Positions 15,221 to 26,735 of a stretch of 64,000 nt of DNA are shown here, piece after piece. How positions within the stretch are numbered: position 1 is the first letter of the stretch; the number at the start of each line of letters is the position of its first letter. The DNA lies in assembly GCF_009914755.1 (NCBI RefSeq), contig NC_060929.1; one strand, written 5' to 3'. The notes below the pieces were generated by a model. It saw only the letters and a program-made list of their open reading frames with translations, made no database searches and had not been told where the DNA came from. The position numbers were made by a program, and so were the translations under genes. Source of the DNA: the human T2T-CHM13v2.0 reference genome, Homo sapiens.

Positions 15221-16044
15221 CTAGTAATGTCCGTTGAAATAAAAATGCTAAAACAATAGGTCTAGGGTATCTTTAAATAGTTATCTGAGTTCCAACTAAA
15301 GCTAGCAATTTGGTTAATGACCACAGTAAGGGGGAAAACACTGGCCTAGTTAATGGATTTAATCTATTCCCAAGTTTAAATGATTGTTAAGTAAAGGCTC
15401 TGTCATGCATAGAATCATTACTTAGGAAAACATCCTCACTGAGCCTGCTTTCCTGGGGTGAAATTCAAATACACTTGAGAAATCCAAACTCAAGTCAATT
15501 GTCCAAAGGAATAAACCTCTACTTAAATGATCCCAGCCTCCCAGCCTCAAAATGGAGGGTTAAAAAGAAACACAATCCATAACTTTTCTGGTATTTTTTT
15601 TTCCTCTGCGATGACAGCATTTCTCCTTTAGCCATGATAATCTTCAAATCTGTCTCACCCTGAACTAGGACCCTTCAGCCTGAAACACAGAAATGGTACA
15701 ACTGCCAAGAGTTGTTACTAAATAAACAGCCATAAAAATGATGTCGTTGATAACAGAAACAATTAACATTATCAACTGTAAATTACTGTCAGTAAAAACA
15801 GAGATTTATTCATTATTACCATGCCCAATGCTGACCCTTCTTTCTCTTATTTTTGCATTTGCAGAAAATGAAAAGATTTAAGGAAATGAGAGCCTACCTC
15901 TAAATTGGTAATTGCTGTGGTTGTGCTGTCATTCTTGTCACTTTCAGGTTGGAATTCCAGAATTGCTGCTGTCCCTAGGTCAGACTCTCCTGGATTCCTC
16001 AGCTTGTCATTCTAGCAACTAGAGCAGAAGAAAAAGAAAAGGGC

Positions 16045-16095
16045 TCTATTAATCAGAATTCTCCATAAAAATAGAACCAAGAGGAGATGATAGAT

Positions 16096-16148
<53 letters not shown>

Positions 16149-16556
16149 GATAAAGATGAGATTTATTATGGGAATTGGCTTATGCAATTAGGGAGGTCAA
16201 AAAGTCCCATGATCTGCTGTCTGGGAGCTGGAGATACAGAAAAGCCAGTGATGCAACTCAGTCCAAGTACAAAGACCTGAGAACCAGGAGCTACAATGTT
16301 TGCAGGCAGTAGAAGATAGATGTTCCAGCTGCAGAAGAGAGAGATAATTCACCCTTTCTCTGCCTTTTTGTTCCATTTGGCCCTCAGTGGGTTGGATGAT
16401 GGCTGCCCACGTTGGAAAGGGTGAACCTTTACTCAGCCTACAGACCCAAATGCCAATCTCTTCTGGAAACTCCTTATAGATACACCCAAAAATAATGTTT
16501 TACGTCCTAACTGTGCACCCCTTCTGTCAAGTTGATATATAAAATTAACTACCACA
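16045..16556 (-). mobile_element. MLT2 ERVL solo LTR
   Basis: Ends TCAAGTTGATATATAAAATTAACTACCACA; perfect TSD AGGGC. Confidence 0.88.
16086..16143. repeat. (GATA)12 tetranucleotide microsatellite with GAT GATA GAT lead-in
   Basis: 12 perfect GATA units at 16096-16143, inside the MLT2 LTR. Confidence 0.97.
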
Positions 16557-16819
16557 AGGGCTAAGGTAGCTGTCAGCTACATTAAGCTTTCCTCTTTCTC
16601 TATTCTTTTATTTTGGGGGCAGAATCTGAGAACCCCATTATCTGCAGCCCCTATTTTCTAGTGGAGGAAGCCAAGGGCTAATTCTGCCAGTGTAGTGAAA
16701 GATGCCTTTCACAGGGAATCCTGAAGAGCACTGAAGCCAAGGAAGATGCCAAGTGCGTGCAGGTCAGCTAAGGTCAGCGAGTTCAGGAGGAGCTGGGAGC
16801 CAATGGCAAAAACCAAAGG

Positions 16820-17800
16820 ATCCTAATCAAAAGGACAGATGATAACAAGAGTAGGTGAAGATATGAAATAATTGGAACCCTCATGCACTGCTGGTGGGAA
16901 TGCAAAATGATCCAGCTGCTTTGGAAAACAGTCTGATAGTTTCTCAAAAGGTTAAAAGTAGAGTTAGTATACAACCCGGCAATTCCACTCCTTGTTATAC
17001 ACCCAAGATAAATGAAAACATATGTCTACACAAAAACATATACACAAATTTCATAGCAGCATTATTCATAGTCACCAAAAAGTGGTAACAACCCAAATGT
17101 CCATCAACTAAAGAATGGATGAAGAAAGTATGGACCTGGTAGCTCACACCTGTAAATCCCAGCACTTTGGGAAGGAGGATTGCTTGAATCCAGGAGTTTG
17201 TGACCAGCCTTGGCAATACAGTGAGACCCGTTTCTTCAAAAAAAATTTAAAAATTAGCTAAGAGTGGTGGCACACACCTGTAGTCCCAGCTACTAAAGAG
17301 GCTGAGGTGGGAGGATTGCTTGAGCCTGGGAGGTTGAGAGGTTGAGGCTACAGTGAGCCACGGTTACATCACTACACTCCAGCCTGGGTAACAGTGAGAC
17401 CTTTTCTTTAAAAAAGAGAAAAAGATACATCGTTATAATGGAATATTCAACCCTAAAAAGGATACATGTTACAAGATAGATAAATCTCAAAAACATTAGG
17501 CTACATGAAAGAAGCCTGTCACAAAGAACCACTTATTGTATGATTCCATTTCTATGAAATGTCCAGAATAGGCAAATCTATAGAGACAAAAAGTAGATTA
17601 GTGATTGCCTGGAACTGGGGGGTGGGGGAGGCATGGAGGGACTAGGGGTTGATGGATAAGGAGTACAATGTTTCTTTTGAAGGTGATGAAAATATTATGA
17701 AATAGTGGCTACCCAATTATAGGAAAAGCTATTGAATTGCACACTTTAAATGTGTGAATTGTATGGCATGTGAATTATATTTCAATAAAGCCATTACGAA
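16820..17800 (+). mobile_element. L1MB-type 3' end with nested AluJ (17131-17420)
   Basis: GGAACCCTCATGCACTGCTGGTGGGAATGCAAAATG...TGAATTATATTTCAATAAAG. Confidence 0.88.
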
Positions 17801-18561
17801 AACAAACAATAGAACTAGGGGACCGGGGCAGGAATGGAGAACCCAGACGTTAGCTGGAAGGCAGAAGTTGACAGAGAGAGCAGGCAGGCAGGCAGCTTGA
17901 GGCGGTTCCTAGGCTAGCTGTTTTGTGCTGCTGCTGTGCTGGGTCTGCGCTGCACAAAGTGAGGCACTGATAGGGCCAGCTGAATTTAAAGGGGCAGGGA
18001 TATTGTAGACATCTACCGTGCAAAGAGCTGCTGTTTTTACAACAGAAGACTGCTTTTATAGTTGCTGCTATTAAAGAATTCCAGAGAGGCTGCTCCTGTG
18101 TCATGACTATGGGGGAAGCATGAGGTGAGCACTATGTTGATTTGTTTATTTAGACCCTCAGAGTCAAGAGATTGAGTTACTCAGGCTCAGTTCAAGTCTT
18201 TTTTTTTTGTATATTCCTTTATTTAGTCCTGTTTACCTCCATATTCCACCTTAGCAACCATTCTAATCGGCATAGTGGGAATCTTTTGGTTTACATGTGT
18301 AGGCTTGAATATTGAGTGTTAACCATTTTGCATGCATGTATATGTATCTCACATTTAGGAAATATTATTATATTGGATATCCCATTCTGTTTCTTCCTTT
18401 TTCACTCTATACTTTGTTTTAAAGACCCATCTGTGCTGTTAGGTATACATCTACTTCTTTGCTTCTAACTGCTCACTGGTGGTGTCTATTGCACATTACC
18501 TATCCACAATCCCTGTGATTGGCATACACGTTGCCTTCCTGTCCCTGTACTCCGAATAACA

Positions 18562-18997
18562 TGTGGAACCCATGAGACTATGCCTCACAGACCTCCAATT
18601 GCAGGAGTGTAATTGACCTAAGTCTTAGCTCTGAGCTCTGAAATCTATCTCTGGGTTTCACCTGAGGCCTTGCTTCCTGTGGGCTGCTCCTAGCCAGTGA
18701 CTGAGCAGAGCAGGTGACTAAGACAGGCTCATTCCTGGGAGACAGGGGACTCCTCCCATGGCTGATTAGGGCTTGAGGACTTCCTGGTGGATTTGGAGAA
18801 CCTTCCACCAGGTTCTTAGGATGCTTCCACCAACCTTCCTTCCCTCTCCTTCACTTGGGGTCAGACTTCACTGTGGTATGAGTTCTCCCATCCATCCCTA
18901 TTTTCTCTCACAGGTATTCCGTCTAAGAAAATCTTTGTACGTTTAATTGGTTTAATCTGCATCTTGGCATCTATTTCTTAGACGACCCATGCTAACC
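18562..18997 (+). mobile_element. LTR16A-like ERVL solo LTR
   Basis: CTAGCCAGTGACTGAGCA, GGGACTCCTC, GGGTCAGACTTCACTGTGGT, CATCTTGGCATCTATTTCT match the recalled LTR16A layout. Confidence 0.75.
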
Positions 18998-19423
18998 CTA
19001 GTGCTATACCAAACATCTTTGTACATATCCCCTGAGGAGGATGTATAACGGTTTCTGGGGGATGTACACCTAGGAGGGAAATTGCTGGGTCATAGGGTGG
19101 GGCCAGGTTGCCCCTGGAGTGGCTGCTCCCACCTGGATTCTCACCAGCAGTGCATGGGGTTCCCACGTCTTTGCATCTGTGCCTATTCATGGCATTATGC
19201 TGCTAATTTATGCCCACCTAAGAGGCATAGAGTGCTTCTTAGCTGTTTCAAATTCCTTTTCTTTGATTACTAAAATTATTGATCACTTCTTATACATATT
19301 AGTCTTTAGGGATTCCTTTTCTGTCAAAGGAATTGCCTACTTTGCCCACTTTAGTCATTTTTATGTTTGCATTCCTTTCTCTTTCTTTTCAGTTTTAGGA
19401 ATTCTTTGTATATTCTACATACA

Positions 19424-19505
19424 AGAGCCACAGTATCTACCACATGGCCAAACTGAGAAAACGGGGTGTGGGGGAATCTCTTCAATTCTTCTTTTTCAAT
19501 TTTGT
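19424..19505 (-). pseudogene. SNRPB2: 82-bp duplicated fragment of the SNRPB2 retrocopy (RRM1 segment [27 protein letters not shown])
   Basis: Ungapped 72/82 match to 20366-20447; translation matches U2B'' [27 protein letters not shown]. Confidence 0.92.
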
Positions 19506-19752
19506 ATGATCCCTTGTTGTTTTTAGACATTGCAGGCATCTCCCAATTTGCCATCTAATAACTTTGTTCATGATGGCTTTGAACAGAAATTCTTAGTTTT
19601 AGCGTAATTGACAGCATCATTGCGGCAGGGGAGCGGGTTGTTTGTGCATCACATTGTGGTCCAGAGCTTGAACCATGGCCAGGCACACCCAGACTTCATT
19701 CCTGGCTCACCGTGTCCTTGATGTTACCTAGTTCAGTCACTTCCCTGTTTTT

Positions 19753-20548
19753 TTTCACTTTGACTTTCCCCATCCCTAACTATTAGAATGACCTGACCAA
19801 ATGTTACTAAAACAAACACTATAAATAATATTGAGTCCTTTAATGATGACTATCCCAAGTATTACTTCTTGACACAGGTGATTTTCATGGCGTGGGACAA
19901 AGTGACCTTAAATCCTTGTAAAGCTGCCCTGAGAGCTCCAGCCTACTTACCATTTTCAAATTCAACCAGAGCAATACCATGCTTCCCAGGTACAAAACGT
20001 ACTTTCTTGAAACCAGGGAACCGATTAAATAGCACAGATAACATCATCTCATGAGTCTCTGCTGGTAAATTAACTTAAAAATAAAACAGAATTCGGAGGG
20101 TAGTAAGAACCTGAGGATTTGGGTATCAGCTGAATTCAGTGTTTCCTGACCAGGCTTTCTGTTTGCGGTTGTTGCTATCTGTTCCACAGTTTGGGCTTTT
20201 TTCTTTTCTTTTGTCAGAAAAAGTGTCACACATCTTAGAAATTATATCAGAATCTGTTTTTGCATACTGGATTTGCATTGGTTTATCATACAATGGAAAT
20301 CCTTGTAACTGTCTCAAGGCATTTGTGGATGAGCCCAGTGTCCCGCACCCATCTTCATGGTCTTTAGAGCCACAATACTTACCACATGGCCAAACTGAGA
20401 AAACAGAGCGTGTGGGAATCTCTTCAATCCTTCTTCTTTAATTTTGTCATTCATATTGTTGATATAAATTAAGCGATTTGGTCTGATATCCATGTTTTGG
20501 ATTCAATTGTTCAAATAGCCTGAGGCCTGCACCATCTCCAGTAAGCCC
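19753..20548 (-). pseudogene. SNRPB2: Processed pseudogene of SNRPB2 (U2 snRNP B''); CDS remnant 20493-19862, disabled by frameshifts, deletions and stops
   Basis: Intronless; [17 protein letters not shown] from ATG at 20493, [53 protein letters not shown], ends HAMKITCVKK-TAA at 19862; ~105 nt 3' UTR, A-tract at 19748-19755, degenerate TSD. Confidence 0.96.
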
Positions 20549-20854
20549 TCAGTAAGTTCCCTCTCTTTCAACTTTTCATCTCAAAAACAAGGACAATATG
20601 AGAGAATCCTACTCATCTAAAGCAACTGGGAAGACAGGTAGTTGGCTGATAAAAATAATCATTAAATACCCTACATATGTTAAACATTTTCTTTCAACTT
20701 AAAACATACAAAAATGTTCACTTATTTATACATGTTTATGTAGGGCTTAGGTCTTTTTTTTGAGAATGATCCGCTTACTGTACTTCACAATTTGTCTCTT
20801 ACTTAATTTAGATTAATAGTACATTGGTGACAATTTTCAGTTTGGGATTCTTTA

Positions 20855-20988
20855 TTTTTTAATTTTCTATTGTTTTAGAGATGAAGTTGCTCAGGCTGGT
20901 TTTAAACTCCCAGGCTCAAGCGATCCTCCTGCTTCTGCCTCCTGAGTAGCTGGGACTACTACAATAGGCATGCACCACCATGCCTGTC
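20855..20988 (-). mobile_element. Truncated old Alu/FLAM
   Basis: CCAGGCTCAAGCGATCCTCCTGCTTCTGCCTCCTGAGTAGCTGGGACTAC. Confidence 0.8.
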
Positions 20989-21017
20989 CTGTTTGGTATT
21001 CATTAAAGTGTAACAAA

Positions 21018-21175
21018 GCTGCACAGGATGGTGCATGCCCGTAGTTCCGGTTACTCAGGAGGCTGAGGTGGGAGGACTGCTTGAGCTCAGGAGGTTGAGG
21101 CTGCAGTAAGCTATGATCATGTCACTGCACTCCAGCCTGGGTGACAGAGTGAGACCCCATCTCTAAAAATAATGA
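21018..21175 (+). mobile_element. FRAM/AluJ right monomer
   Basis: GGAGGCTGAGGTGGGAGGACTGCTTGAGC...GAGACCCCATCTCT; flanked by TAAAGTGTA(A/G)CAA. Confidence 0.88.
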
Positions 21176-21688
21176 TAAAGTGTAGCAAGACCTTACATCT
21201 TCTAGATTTTTATAATTTTTTCTGCCTTTTACAGTTGTTCTTATTCAGATTTAATTGAACAGAAAGTTTTTTTAATTATATCTTTCCAAAGCATTGCACT
21301 TAATTTTCTTAGGAACAACTCTTTACGCTTATGTTTAATCAGTTTATGTACTCTTAAATTGTACAACTATACAAGTACAATAGGCTCAAAGGGTTTGGTA
21401 ACAAACACAATTTTTTCTCTTAAGCATATGACTCAACATACTCAACATGTGTTATGTTGAGCAGAAGCACCCAGGCAAACCAGAGCACTTGGCTGCAAAT
21501 GATCCACACGCCCTTGGAGTTGGTCGCTAGGGTTGTGGAGGAAATGGAGAGCCTTGGAGAATCTGGTGAAATGTTTAAGTAGGGCCTGCTAAGAGTTTCC
21601 ATCATCAACCTTTTGGCTGGTTGTGTCAAACTCTGTGCCTGGCACTTAGTAAATGCTTAGTAATTGTTAATCATTATTAACACTAGAC

Positions 21689-21894
21689 CAGTGATTCCTA
21701 ACATTGATGTCATCTGTCCTTTCCTGTGCCCCCACACCTTGGGGACATTTGGCAATGCCTGGAGACATTTTTGGTTGTCACAACTGGAGAGGTGGAAGTA
21801 GTATCTAGTGGGTAGAGGCCTATCCTAAACATCTAACAGTACTCAGGACAGTCCCCTCATCAGAATGTCACTAGTGCCCAGGTTGAAAACCCTG
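21689..21894 (+). mobile_element. MER20
   Basis: CAGTGATTCCTAAC...GGGGACATTTGGCAATGCCTGGAGACATTTTTGGTTGTCACAACTGG...GGTTGAAAACCCTG; flanks CACTAGAC/CACTAATC. Confidence 0.88.
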
Positions 21895-23644
21895 CACTAA
21901 TCTAAGTGCTTCTGAACATGAACCTTATAAGTGCCTATTCATAATTGCATCTCTTGCACCTAATGCATCTCATGGTTCATAATAAAACCTTAATGTCTGT
22001 GTTGATGCATGCATGCACACTGACTAAATGAGTAGAAGGCCTCTAAGACAAGTCTGGCACATCTGCAGAGTGAGGCCCAGAACTTCAAAGGGGTGCAAAC
22101 GAACCCTTCTCAGAAAATTGATCCAGACCACTCTATGCCTGAGCCTGGCTCCCATGTGTTACAGCTGGTCAACTGCAATTGGCTGGATCCTGATCTGTTT
22201 ATACTGTTCTTGCCTGCCGTATTTACCCACTCAGAATTTTTAAATTCTTTTGATAACTGATCTCTGGCTTGATCCCTGAACTTTGCTCCCACCCTGCAAT
22301 TCCCCTGGGCCCACGGCTCTGCACAGCCTGGCCCTCCACCCATCCACTAGTCTTCAGGTCCTCACTCTCCTGCCTGGCACCCAAGTGCTTGCTTCAGCTT
22401 CACCCCTGGCACAGAGATGATTAGACACCTCTAAATGGGGGTTAGAGCTGGTTAGAGAGAGACCCCAAGTGAAGAGAACAAAAGAAGCCTAGCCCAGGGA
22501 AGCAGAAGAAGCAGAACTGGCTTCTCACCCTTGTTCTACTGTTTATCAGCAGTATCTTAGGTAAAATCCCATATTTGCCTTTTCTTAACTCTGTTTTCTC
22601 ATCCATAGAATGAAAACAATAATGCTTTTCAACCTATTCCACAAACTGGTTTGTAATAAAATCATAATATAAGGGTGATTTTCAGGAAGGTTTACAAATA
22701 AATAAACATCTTTGGTGATGAAGAAAAATGTTGAAGAAAGCAACTTTATATATCTTTAACACTATTGTACTCTAACAGCCATATCTGACATTTGCGTAAT
22801 GCTTAAAGTTCATAAAAGGCTTTATCTTTTGATCTTCACAACCTTACAAGACAGGTAGAGAAATGCTATTCCTACATCCCAGATGGGAAAACTGCAACCT
22901 GCAAAGGTTAGTGTTTTGCATGGTTTAAATAGCTAGTACATTTTAGAGAGACAAAGACCACGACCCAACCCTGTGCTCTTTTCACTATGATATCCTGCTA
23001 CTAAGCGGGTCCTTTGAAGACACATAAAAATGATTTAAATAATAATAATACGGAATAATCACATTATAAGGAAGTCTGGCATAAAGGGGAGCTGCAGAGC
23101 ATACGCCTTAAGGATATTTTAATAGTCACGTTCCAGAAGGTAAAATTGGGAAATAGTAAAACTAGACAATATTTTGTCTTTTCCTTTTTAAAACGTTGCA
23201 CTTGGAGAGAATTTGCATGTGGCCCTGAAATTTCTCTGCTCATTCAAGTTTTGGCTCTTCCTTCTGTGGCATGAATTACAGAACAGCAAATGCCATAACT
23301 TTTAATTCACACATGACTGTTGCCTGTGCCACTCTGGGATTCAGCCAGGCTTAGAGATACTTACAGATGGACAGAAGGGGAGGAGACACCAAGACTTGGA
23401 AGTGTCTCTGTCCCCAGAGGTAAAACTCAAGGGAGAGAGAAGGAACCATGCAGCTGCAGCTACAATTAATTCTGGTTTGGTGCATGGTACAGGGCAAGTG
23501 CAATTGCAGAAGGTCTGAGTAAGCAGTTGAGGAGAGAAAAAGAGTTCCAGGATGTGTATGTAGCACAGGAATGGGGCATTCGAGGTGGATCACCCTTAGG
23601 AGTCCAGGTCGCCAAGCCAGAAGTCTATTAAGAGTGGAGATAGT

Positions 23645-23944
23645 GGCCTGGCATGGTGGCTCACGCCTGTAATCCTAGCACTTTGGGAGGCCGAGGTGGG
23701 AGAATCACTTGAGGTCAGGAGTTCAGGACCAGCCTGGCCAACATGGTGAAATGCTGTCTCTACTAGAAATACAAAAATTAGCCGGGTGTGGTGGTGTGCA
23801 CCTGTAATCCCAGTTACTTGGGAGGCTGAGTCAGGAGAATTGCTTGAGCCCAGGAGGTGGAGTGAGCTGAGATCACACCACTGCACTCCAGCCTGAGCGA
23901 CAGAGCAAGACTCCGTCTCAAAAAAAAAAAAAAAAGAAAAAAAA
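23645..23944 (+). mobile_element. AluS (Sx/Sz-like)
   Basis: Full dimer; TSD AAGAGTGGAGATAGT. Confidence 0.95.
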
Positions 23945-23956
23945 GAGTGGAGATAG

Positions 23957-24837
23957 TGGAACAGGAAAAGTTCCCTTGAAGTTCCCTTATCTCCCTCGCA
24001 GCGCATGTGATGGGGGTGTGGCTCACTTCTTCAGGGCCCCACTGCTCAAACCTCTAGGGGAGCATACAGACAGGGCGTCTGTGGGGCTCCGACCCCACGG
24101 CAGTGTCTAGGGGGTATGCTTACTGCTCCTGAAGCCCCAGTGGGCATGTGTTACAGGGTGCACTTTTAGTTTTGCTTTGCTCTTTAATTCTGCTGTCTAT
24201 AGGTGGCTTGTATTAACCAGCTCAGTTAGACCCTCCATCTTGTCACAAGGACAGAGGGCTTTCTGTATCCCGGGTTGTTGCCTTGGTGTACCGAAGAATC
24301 AGATCACACCTGGGCTTGGAGAATGAGTGCAAGGTTTTATTGAGTGGAAGTAGCTCTCAGCAGATGGGGGAGCCAGAAGGGAGGTGGTTTTCCCCTGGAA
24401 TCCAGCTGCTCGGCAGCCCAGGCTCTCCTCTGTCTGTCCCGGCCAAACTCCGTGTCGTTCTGCCGGTTGATGGCCTGCAGGCCTCTGTCGGTGTGCTCTT
24501 CCGCTAGCGTGCTCCCTTTGATGTCCCGACGTCCTTTTGCCGTCCAGCCTTTTGTGTTTTCTTCCACTGATGTGTTCCTCTTGCCATCCAGCAGCTTCTG
24601 TCTCTGCCTTGCTAGGGTCTCAGGTTTTTATTAGCCCATGGTGGGGGTGTGGTGAGCCAGGGCGGTCTTGGAAAATGCAACGTTTGGGCCCAAAGGCAGA
24701 AGGGCCTGACCTCATCTATGTCCATGGGGGTAGAGCCCTACCCAGGGACCACGCAGTCCTCTACCCAGCACTTCCCTTCCCCGGTTCTGTATCATTTAAA
24801 GGGACCACGCTCTTCCCTTCCCAGCACTCCTGTATCA
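23957..24837 (-). mobile_element. LTR1-family (ERV1, HUERS-P2) solo LTR
   Basis: Minus strand starts TGATACAGGAGTGCTGGGAAGGGAAGAGCGTGGTCCCTTTAAATGATAC, contains AATAAA, ends CCTGTTCCA; 4-bp TSD ATAG. Confidence 0.85.
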
Positions 24838-25581
24838 ATAGTTGTGGGTCTGGTCCCTGGGAGCGAGACTGGCAAGACAAAGGCAGGCTCCTGTTCTAAG
24901 AGGATATGGGGATACCTTCCAGGTTAATAATGGGGATAGGCTCAAAGACCGAAGCCCAGATGCAAGAAATGGGACACGGGAAAGAAGACTGAGACTTCAA
25001 AAACAAAGTAGGCTTTGCTTAAGGATCTCTATGAGAGTTGGCTGTAGCTGAACTGGAACCGAAAGACTGTTCTGTGGGAAAAGGAAAATAAAGAACTAGG
25101 CTCCAGACAGGACAAAAAAGGCAGTGGACTAACAATGGTCAGTGTGCTGGTCAGTGGACCGTGGGATCCTTGATTGTTTCTGTGGCCCCAGAGTGATCAC
25201 AGTACCAGGCATGCTGTAATCCTTGGGCTCTGGAACATTCTCTTCCCGTATGCTGCTCCTGGAGTAACCTCATAGGTGGTATCACAGAGCTACTATTAGA
25301 GAGGTAAAGGAAAATTTGGAAAACTCTCTGGGTTGAGATTCTAAATATTTATAGTATTCTTAGCAACTGATCTTTAGTCAACTTCTTTTGCTCCTTGGTA
25401 CCACCTGGCACCTGTCACCCACCCACAGAGGTCTTTCCAGGCAGCCAGCCTTGACCTCCTATGCTGGTGAAGTCTCCTTGAACAAGCCCATCGGGGACAT
25501 CAAAGTGGGAGGGAGGACGGGAGGAAAAGAATATGGGAGGGAAGGAATCAGCTCTTATAGAGGTCTCAAATGGAAGGACAC

Positions 25582-25986
25582 AAATGTAGTTTAGATATTT
25601 GTCCCCACCCAAATCTCATGTTGAGTTGTAATCCCCAATGCTGGAAGTCCGGCCTGGTGAAAGGTGTTTGCATCGTGGAGGTGGATCCCCCATGGCTTGG
25701 TGCTGTCTTCACGATGGTGAGTTCTTGGGAGATACGGTCATTTAAAAGTGTGTGGAACTTCCCCCGCAACACACTCTCTCTTTCTTGCTCCTGCTTGTGC
25801 CATGCCAAGTGCCTGCTCCTGCTTCACCTTTTGCCATGAATAAAAGTTCCCTGACGGCTCCCCAGAAGCAGATGCTGTTATACTTCCTGTACAGCCTTCA
25901 GAACCAGGAGCCAATTAAACCTCTTTTCTTATAAATCATCCAGTCTCAGATATTTCTTTATAGTAATGCAAGAACGGCGTAACACA
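25582..25986 (+). mobile_element. MSTB-like MaLR solo LTR
   Basis: GTCCCCACCCAAATCTCATGTTG...AGCCAATTAAACCTCTTTTCTTATAAAT; TSD GACAC. Confidence 0.9.
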
Positions 25987-26735
25987 GACACTGAAAATGA
26001 AGTGGCATAGAGAGAAAATACAGGAGGCTGTCCAAGGCATCTTGTGTTAGGATTGAGTCACTGTTGTGTATAAATCTTTTCAGCACCAGTCTACAAAGGA
26101 ATGAATAAGTAACGAATGGCTGAATGAACAAATCAGTGAATGATCAAAGAATCAATGGACTGAAAGATAAATCAACAATGAGGATAGTAAAATGACAATG
26201 TACCATCATCAGTTCACAGGTATAATGAGTGTGTGCATGTGTGTGTATGAAAGAGGAAGAGCCAAAGGATTGATGGGTGTAATAGGTATACAGAGTATTA
26301 CTCTGGCTCTTACAGAGGAATTGGTGACAAACTAAGGAGGAGTCACAATCCCCAAAGTGCCTCAGAAGCCCTCATCCCTAGAATGGTAACAGACTTGTAT
26401 AGCAGCTGCACCCTCACAGCTGACAGCTGTCATGTTTAACCCTCCCCTTCCCCCCTCCAACCACAGGGTATGGAGTAAGAAGGTCCCAAGTCAAAGGATG
26501 TTTCACTCAACCAGCCCTTTCTCTGAGAAGTCTCAATGTTTACTCTCTGACACTACGAAAGAGTCACTCACAGAGTATATAACTAATGCATTAATGCAGA
26601 TGAAATCCTGTGCCTCTGAAAGACTAGGGACCCAGAATTGGCTAAAATAATACTTTATATGCACTGTACAGTGGAGTTGCAAAACTGTGGCTATACAGAA
26701 TTGGGTGACCTCCAGCTTGATTTCATCTAGCCAAT

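Larger units (their letters stand above)
18200..19620 (-). mobile_element. Degraded L1ME fragment, interrupted by LTR16A and by an SNRPB2-derived piece
   Basis: ACACCTAGGAGGGAAATTGCTGGGTCATAGGGT, TCTCACCAGCAGTGCATG, TTCTTTGTATATTCTACATAC. Confidence 0.7.

Noticed and set aside
20126-20317. 63-aa ORF as a functional SNRPB2 paralogue
   Set aside because: Only a fragment between frameshifts; RNP1 of RRM1 is deleted and RRM2 contains stops.
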